Shown: piece by piece, positions 58,124 through 64,000 of the stretch
Layout of the letters: each line of letters starts with the position of its first letter
How positions within the stretch are numbered: the first letter of the stretch is position 1
NCBI GenBank assembly: GCA_963712305.1
Contig: CAVQHI010000001.1
Location: 181,383-245,382 of the forward strand
Length of the DNA stretch: 64,000 nucleotides
Direction of reading: 5' to 3'
Origin: an uncultured bacterium
GTDB taxonomy: Bacteria; Bacteroidota; Rhodothermia; Balneolales; DATFMH01
The notes under the pieces: generated by a model
Database searches by the model: none
The model's input: the letters and a program-made list of their open reading frames with translations, nothing else
Told to the model about the DNA's origin: nothing
Translations under genes and position numbers: made by a program

Positions 58124-59194
58124 TTACCTGAATATAATGCATACGGGCGTACCACAATGAAAAGCCTCACCTTTATCACCGGTTGGCAGTCCGGTATCAG
58201 GTTCCAATTTGAATGGAACAATAGTATCCGAATTTTGATTGGAGACCACCAGCCAGCTGCCGGTTGGATCAATAGCAAAATCTCTAGGTTCTTTCCCACC
58301 GCATGGGAACCATTGTACAAATGTTAAATGACCATCCTGTTCATCGACAGTAAAAACTGAGATACTATCGTGAAGCCGGTTGGAAACGTACAGTGCTTTG
58401 TTGGTTGGATGAAGCTTTACAGCTGCTCCAGAGGGTTGTCCGGTGTAATCAGATGGCAAGGTTGGATCATCACTTTTGATCGTCATAAAGCCGATCGAAT
58501 CATCCCGTTTCATGGTCAACAGGTGAGAATTGAGCTCACAGAACACATAATTGACCGGCAGTGTGGGATGGCAAACCATGTGACGCGGACCGTAACCGGG
58601 CTTAACTTCCACAGCTTTGGATTTGTTCATTTCTTTATCAGACAGTGCATGAAGCCAAATGGTATCGCTGCCGAGGTCACATATATAAAGCCATCTTCCA
58701 TCTGGACTTACTACTGCCTGATGAGCGTGAGCTGCCTCTTGCCGTTGCTTATTGGGTCCTGTTCCTTCGTAAGAAACAACCTGGGAAGCCGGACTCATGG
58801 TTTTTCCATCAAACTCAAAAACTGAAAGTTTACCATCTTTATAAGAAGCGGCGAATATCCTATCTCCTACCTGGTCGCATGTTATATGACATGTTGTAAC
58901 TCCCTTCGCGCTCACAGAAGAAAGCAAATTCAGATGACCTGTGGCATCGATGGATAAGACCTGGACCTCTCCCACCAAATCCGGCCAGTCAATGGCAGCG
59001 AACAGGAAACGGCCATCCGGACTTTTTGCCAAATAGGAAGCGTTTATGACATCAGTGCAGATATCCTTTTGCTGTATCCGGCCTGAGTCCAGATCGATAG
59101 TACACGTGACGATTCCTTTACCGTTAGCCTGTGGAGTAAAATCGACCTTCTGTGTGTAGGTTCCGATAAAAAAAGTTTGCTCTTGATCAGTCAT
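58124..59194 (-). CDS. Lactonase, 7-bladed beta-propeller (6-phosphogluconolactonase-like)
   Basis: FFIGTYT opening and repeated blade motifs (SPDGRFLFAA, SPDGRWLYICDLGSD, HPTNKALYVSN, DPTGSWLVVSNQNSD). Confidence 0.78.
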   Translation of the reverse strand: MTDQEQTFFIGTYTQKVDFTPQANGKGIVTCTIDLDSGRIQQKDICTDVINASYLAKSPDGRFLFAAIDWPDLVGEVQVLSIDATGHLNLLSSVSAKGVTTCHITCDQVGDRIFAASYKDGKLSVFEFDGKTMSPASQVVSYEGTGPNKQRQEAAHAHQAVVSPDGRWLYICDLGSDTIWLHALSDKEMNKSKAVEVKPGYGPRHMVCHPTLPVNYVFCELNSHLLTMKRDDSIGFMTIKSDDPTLPSDYTGQPSGAAVKLHPTNKALYVSNRLHDSISVFTVDEQDGHLTFVQWFPCGGKEPRDFAIDPTGSWLVVSNQNSDTIVPFKLEPDTGLPTGDKGEAFHCGTPVCIIFR

Positions 59195-59249
59195 GATTAT
59201 TTAGCCTCCGAACAAAACAACTATCGATAATCCATTCATTGATAAAAGG

Positions 59250-60323
59250 TTACAGAGATCTTAGTAATCCTTTCATATACCCCATTGCATAAGCCATTCC
59301 TGCATACCAGGGTGCCTCACACGACATCTGGGGCGTGTGGTCGGGAATCAACACACCATCAAAGTTATGCTTCTTGAGGATCCTTAGAATCCGCAGCATA
59401 TCGATGTCCCCGTCATCAACAAAAGCTTCTTTATAATAAGGCACTTTGTCTTTTACATTCCTGAAATGGATGTAACCAATTTTGTTTTTTGAAGCGAGAT
59501 ATTCCACGGTTTCATACAAATCCCCTTCCGCCATCTCGGCAACGCTTCCCAGGCATAATTCCGCCGAGTGCCACGGTCCCTCACCAGAATCGATCATTTC
59601 GATATAGTGATCAGGATGATAAGCCAGCCTCGGTTGCTTGCGGACCATCTCAAGGGGCGGATCGTCCGGATGTGCAGCCAGTCGCACGTTTGCTTCTTTG
59701 GCTACGGGGACTATTTCTGAAACGAAATTTCTATATCGTCGCCACAGTTCTGCACGGGATATGGTTTCAAGCACACCTTCCGGAGCATTTCGGTCATAGG
59801 TCATATTCCACACCATCCCGAGAGGAATGGGAGTATCCAGTTCTTCGGACGGACCATCTAATCCAACAGATACGGCCTGCCCGCGAGCGAATGGTCCTGT
59901 GATTCTTCCCGACACCCCGGCAAGAGAGAAGTAGTATCCAAGGATTGGAATTCCAGCCTGGCCCATATTACGAATCAATTGTTTGACGTTCTCCATGTGC
60001 TCGGCCCGTTTGGGTCCATCCAGAAGGACATCATACCAGAAAGCGGGACTGATGTTTTCAAGTGCTTCCAGCTTCAGATCATACGACTCCATCTCATTTT
60101 TGAGATGCGACAGATACTCGAACGACCAGACCTCTTTTTCTTTCGCTAATCCCCATCCGGTTTCTGTATTGCCGATCGGCTGATCAACATTCCCGGTACT
60201 CTCCTCTTTATTCTTATAATCGGTGAGATGAGCCACGATGTGTGTCGCACCTGTCTGGCGGGCGAATTTATAGTGCTCCTTATTGAGCATCTGGTGATAT
60301 AAGACTAACCCTAATTTTATCAT
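59250..60323 (-). CDS. uxuA: Mannonate dehydratase (UxuA family, xylose-isomerase-like TIM barrel)
   Basis: LAAHPDDPP, IGYIHFRNV, DDGDIDM and LIPDHTP are arranged as in UxuA. Confidence 0.72.
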   Translation of the reverse strand: MIKLGLVLYHQMLNKEHYKFARQTGATHIVAHLTDYKNKEESTGNVDQPIGNTETGWGLAKEKEVWSFEYLSHLKNEMESYDLKLEALENISPAFWYDVLLDGPKRAEHMENVKQLIRNMGQAGIPILGYYFSLAGVSGRITGPFARGQAVSVGLDGPSEELDTPIPLGMVWNMTYDRNAPEGVLETISRAELWRRYRNFVSEIVPVAKEANVRLAAHPDDPPLEMVRKQPRLAYHPDHYIEMIDSGEGPWHSAELCLGSVAEMAEGDLYETVEYLASKNKIGYIHFRNVKDKVPYYKEAFVDDGDIDMLRILRILKKHNFDGVLIPDHTPQMSCEAPWYAGMAYAMGYMKGLLRSL

Positions 60324-60433
60324 ATAATTTAATCCTCATTACATAATGTGACTAACCGGGAGTCAAAAACAGATGGATTTCTGCTTTTCTCCCCCTTTAA
60401 CTGATCCGGCAATTTATTTGCTATCAGCGGGAA

Positions 60434-61204
60434 TTATTCGTCACGTTTGCTGCCGGCAACCATGAGTCCTAATCCGCCATCAATGCGAATAGATTGGCCT
60501 GTAATGAAATCAGCCTTTTCGCCGGCCACGTAATAAATCAATTCAGCGATCTCTTCCGGTTGTGCTATTCGTTTGGTCAGGTGCATGTCGTTGCACTCCT
60601 GTATCACAGCTTCGGGATCCGGAGATTCTTTTGCAGCATTTCTAAGCATTGGCGTATCGACGCTGCCCGGACAGATGGCAACAGAGCGAATGACAGGACT
60701 ATAATCCACAGCAATACTGCGTACAAGTCCCAACAAAGCGCTTTTAGACGTTGTATAAGCGGCGACATTGTTCTGGCTCAAATGTGACTGTACACTTGCC
60801 ACATCGACAACCACTCCCCTGCCATTTTTCTGCATCGATGGGATACACTCCCGGGCACATATAAAATGACTCTTCAGGTTGATCATCATAACCTTATCCC
60901 AAAGCTCATCCGATGTCTGGGTAACCGTTCCGTACGGATTTATCCCGGCGTTGTTAACAAGAACGTCAACCTCGCCAAAACGACCTATGGCCTGGTTAAT
61001 GACATTTTTCACCTCATCCGTTTTGGAAACGTCGCAGGTAAAAAACAGGCATCCATCCCCTAATTCGGATTGTAATCGTTGACCATTTTCTTCATCAACA
61101 TCCATAAAGACGACATTGTATCCGTTTTTATGGAATGTCTGAACGGTGGCGGCCCCGATTCCCTTTGCGCCGCCGGTAATAATGACGTGTTTTTTTTCTT
61201 TCAT
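60434..61204 (-). CDS. Short-chain dehydrogenase/reductase (SDR)
   Basis: ITGGAKGIGAAT, NNAGI, and catalytic S...YTTSK. Confidence 0.88.
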   Translation of the reverse strand: MKEKKHVIITGGAKGIGAATVQTFHKNGYNVVFMDVDEENGQRLQSELGDGCLFFTCDVSKTDEVKNVINQAIGRFGEVDVLVNNAGINPYGTVTQTSDELWDKVMMINLKSHFICARECIPSMQKNGRGVVVDVASVQSHLSQNNVAAYTTSKSALLGLVRSIAVDYSPVIRSVAICPGSVDTPMLRNAAKESPDPEAVIQECNDMHLTKRIAQPEEIAELIYYVAGEKADFITGQSIRIDGGLGLMVAGSKRDE

Positions 61205-61562
61205 GGCTTATTTATTTCAGATTTAAAGTCATTTATGCGTTACTGCAGGTAAGCAAACCAGATACAGTAAACGCCTCCTCCTCATATATAAATAACTGGT
61301 TTATGTTCGACTAAAACCAGCTTATCGACCGTTATAAATTAAAGAAGTTCGTGAACCTCTAACATTAACATGCAATGTAATGAGAATCACAATACTCCTA
61401 TTTTTAAAAGTATGATATGATGGTTTTCATTTACAAAATCTTAAATCAAGATATTGGCGAGTATAAAGTTACGGCGTTCTTTATTGAAATATAACGATAC
61501 TGAAAAAGTAAAGAGTGCGAAAACTGAAGCTATTACCTTTTTAGAAATCGTGGGGCACGATT

Positions 61563-62297
61563 ATGAAAAAAACAATCATATCTTTTCTGGGTGTTTCACT
61601 CCTGCTTTTAGCGGGATGTTCACCATCCGTACTTATCAAGAAGTCATCGAATCCACAAAATGTGGTCCTTTCATCCTTTAAATTTCATATCGAGCATTTT
61701 AACTGGAATGACTTAAACACCGGCAACTACGCCAGTTTATTAGTGAGTGTGAGTCCCCGTTCCATGTTTAACGCGAATTTAAAGCAAGTCTATCCGCGCT
61801 ACAATAAGCAACAGAATAAGCTGATCAAGGCGGAAGTGGACTCAACCTACACCATCATCAAAAATAATCTCACTAAGCTGAACTATAATCTATTGCCTGC
61901 AAATACCCTGAAAGGGGATGCGGAATATGATCCATACGGCTATCCGATGGAAACAAAGCAGAATAAAGCTTTCAAAAAGGCGAAGCTGGCATTAGAGGTA
62001 AATGTCTATGTCGATCAGGATTTCACCGATCACTTTTATGCTTATCCGGGAATGTTTCAGGTCAGGTACACACCTCGCATCACAATGAACATGAAAATGG
62101 TAGACTCGAGTGGGAAAACGGTTTGGTCGCAGCAAACGGTGACGCTTGCCAATTCACCGGTAACGATTGATAACCAACGGATTGGCGGTTATGTAGAACT
62201 AACGGTCAGAGGGAAGCCGGAACTGGCTGATATTATCAATGAGGCCATGGATAGCATGTTGAAAAAAACACAACCGGAAACGCCGTCTGTAGGATGA
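61563..62297 (+). CDS. Hypothetical lipoprotein (244 aa)
   Basis: Lipobox LLLLAGCSPS. No family recognised. Followed by a strong terminator. Confidence 0.6.
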   Translation: MKKTIISFLGVSLLLLAGCSPSVLIKKSSNPQNVVLSSFKFHIEHFNWNDLNTGNYASLLVSVSPRSMFNANLKQVYPRYNKQQNKLIKAEVDSTYTIIKNNLTKLNYNLLPANTLKGDAEYDPYGYPMETKQNKAFKKAKLALEVNVYVDQDFTDHFYAYPGMFQVRYTPRITMNMKMVDSSGKTVWSQQTVTLANSPVTIDNQRIGGYVELTVRGKPELADIINEAMDSMLKKTQPETPSVG

Positions 62298-62403
62298 TAT
62301 TCCTAAAATCAATATTCATTTTATCAGGATATCAAAAACATTTAAAGCTGTTCCCTTCCGTGACTGAATTCTATTTTTAGTCGGCGGATTACCCCATAAA
62401 ACG

Positions 62404-62438
62404 AAAAGCCGGTTTCCTTTTGGAAACCGGCTTTTTTT
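62404..62438. terminator. Rho-independent, probably bidirectional terminator
   Basis: AGCCGGTTTCC-TTTT-GGAAACCGGCT followed by T7 and preceded by A4. Lies between convergent ORFs. Confidence 0.85.
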
Positions 62439-62454
62439 GTGGGAGGTACTGAAG

Positions 62455-62769
62455 TCACAAGCCGCGCAAAAGATCCTGGATATCGATATCACGAAAATTA
62501 AGGTTTTGAATTTTTTTCAATGATCCATCAGGAAGATTTGACAGATCGAGTTGAATCTGACTGTTGTCTACCAATGCCTGGAGATGGTCCCGTTCCGCCG
62601 ATCTAGCAGCCGCAAGGGAATCATCTTTGGTGACCGTGGTGCTGTCTTCTCCCATCGGATTCTTTGTCGCTTGTCCGTACCCCGGGTGGACGGCATATAC
62701 CAGTACAACAGACAAGATGATCATTGCCCGAATCAAAAAATCCGGTATTTTTGGAAAACCAATCTTCAC
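62455..62769 (-). pseudogene. Secretin-like N-terminal remnant (104 aa ORF ending just after the N0/STN-type motif)
   Basis: Signal/TM, then LNFRDIDIQDLLRGL, the motif that opens secretin N0 domains (PilQ/GspD). The ORF stops immediately and runs into the terminator. Confidence 0.4.
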
Positions 62770-62880
62770 GAAAATCCTTGTTTATGCGCCCGTTTGTAGC
62801 CGTCTGACGGCTAATAGATTATGATCCTTAGATTGCCGAATACAGTGCTTAGCCTTGATTTCCTGTGTATTCATAAGAAT

Positions 62881-63024
62881 GTCATTGCGAGGAACGAAGT
62901 GGAACGAGTGACGTGGCAATCCCGTCAATTTTAGCAACTCGTCTAAAAGAAACTTGATACGAGTGTTTCCACTTTACTGACGGGATTGCCGCGTCGTTTG
63001 CTTCGCTGCACTCCTCGCAATGAC
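62881..63024. repeat. 144-nt inverted-repeat element (47-nt arms) in the ATPase-secretin spacer
   Basis: The left arm GTCATTGCGAGGAACGAAGTGGAACGAGTGACGTGGCAATCCCGTCA pairs with the right arm TGACGGGATTGCCGCGTCGTTTGCTTCGCTGCACTCCTCGCAATGAC. The outer 13 and inner 14 nt are perfectly complementary, and the middle is diverged. Confidence 0.75.
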
Positions 63025-63093
63025 ATCCCTTTTTGACCATTATTCTGCTGCAGCCTATTCATTGTTCACTGCTAACTGATTACTGTTTACTGT

Positions 63094-64000
63094 TCACTGT
63101 GTCGTTTCCCGTATCACTTCCTCCACCGTCGTTACTCCTTCGTTTATTTTCTGAATCCCTGATTGCCTGAGCGTGACCATCCCATCAGCCAGGGCCTGCT
63201 TTTTGAGTTCATGCGCGCCGGATTGTTTTATCACCAGCTCAGAGAGCGCATCACTCACCGGCATTAATTCGATCAGAGCCACGCGTCCTTTGAAGTCTGT
63301 GCCGTTACAATGTTCACAACCGGAGCCATAATAAAATACCTGCTGCCCCTGCAGACCTAATTCAGTAACCACTTCTTGTTCCGGGACATATTCGGTTTTA
63401 CATTTCGGACAAATCCGACGCACCAGGCGCTGGGCCATGACCAGGCGGACCGAGGAAGCCACCAGAAAAGGCTCAATGCCCATGTCTATTAATCGTGTGA
63501 TGGCCGATGGGGCATCGTTGGTGTGCAGGGTAGAAAAGACCAAGTGTCCGGTCAGGGCTGAGCGGATGGCTATTTCGGCTGTTTCCTTATCGCGGACCTC
63601 ACTAACCATGATAATATTAGGATCCTGGCGAAGTATTGCTCTTAGAGCTGTGGAAAAAGTAAGTCCAATATCACTACGAACCTGGGTCTGGTTAATGCCT
63701 GGAAGGTTATACTCAATGGGATCTTCAATGGTGGTGATGTTGACCTCCGGAGTATTCAGCTCGCTTAGGGCCGCATACAAGGTGGTTGTCTTCCCGCTGC
63801 CGGTTGGACCGGTGACCAGGATCATGCCATAGGGATTGGAGATGGCTTTGCGGAAGTGATTAAGGTTCGCCTCTTCAAACCCAAGCTGTCGCAGTTCCAG
63901 TCGTTGTTCGCTCTTGTCCAGAATACGCAGGACGATCTTTTCCCTGAATTCTGTGGGGAGTGTGGAGACCCGCAGATCCACCGTTTTGTTATCCTTTTCT
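63094..64000 (-). CDS. Type II secretion / type IV pilus assembly ATPase (GspE/PilB family), N-terminus beyond the window
   Basis: DLRVSTLPT...EKIVLRIL, Walker [16 protein letters not shown], Asp/His boxes, and the C-terminal tetracysteine CPKC...CEHC. The frame stays open to the window edge. Confidence 0.92.
   Translation of the reverse strand, partial: EKDNKTVDLRVSTLPTEFREKIVLRILDKSEQRLELRQLGFEEANLNHFRKAISNPYGMILVTGPTGSGKTTTLYAALSELNTPEVNITTIEDPIEYNLPGINQTQVRSDIGLTFSTALRAILRQDPNIIMVSEVRDKETAEIAIRSALTGHLVFSTLHTNDAPSAITRLIDMGIEPFLVASSVRLVMAQRLVRRICPKCKTEYVPEQEVVTELGLQGQQVFYYGSGCEHCNGTDFKGRVALIELMPVSDALSELVIKQSGAHELKKQALADGMVTLRQSGIQKINEGVTTVEEVIRETTQ

Overview
A 64-kb chromosomal window from a bacterium that looks like an FCB-group organism. 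That placement is an inference from two secreted proteins ending in T9SS type-A C-terminal sorting domains (NYPNPFNPTT...). Housekeeping blocks: RNase E/G-hslVU-ctp, rsmE, dCTP deaminase, rfbBCDA, pdhABC, alaS, and a partial gspE/pilB. These alternate with polysaccharide and uronate catabolism genes: a GH5-like enzyme, GH16, GH88/105, DUF4861, uxuA-like, a lactonase and an SDR. The most unusual region is a visibly AT-richer island at about 12.8-19.0 kb, organised like an integron. A divergently transcribed tyrosine recombinase is followed by a GTTGGGC junction and then co-oriented gene cassettes. Each cassette ends in a 109-132 nt imperfect hairpin bounded by RYYYAAC...GTTRRRY (attC-like). The recombinase is only 280 aa and appears to lack the insertion that defines IntI integrases. 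The first cassette carries a GmrSD-type (DUF262/DUF1524) type IV restriction enzyme. Other points of interest: a four-gene, translationally coupled amidoligase operon (papain/C39-like peptidase, RimK-like ATP-grasp, GCS2-type ligase, N-formylglutamate amidohydrolase-like) with no known product; a duplicated ~210-nt structured intergenic element showing compensatory stem changes; a family of MITE-like intergenic elements sharing an ATGACTATCC terminus upstream of minus-strand gene starts; a 1767-aa T9SS-secreted protein with a large unassignable core; and a truncated secretin-like remnant next to the secretion ATPase. I found no rRNA, tRNA or CRISPR array. All coordinates and similarities were read by eye, and nothing was computed or searched.
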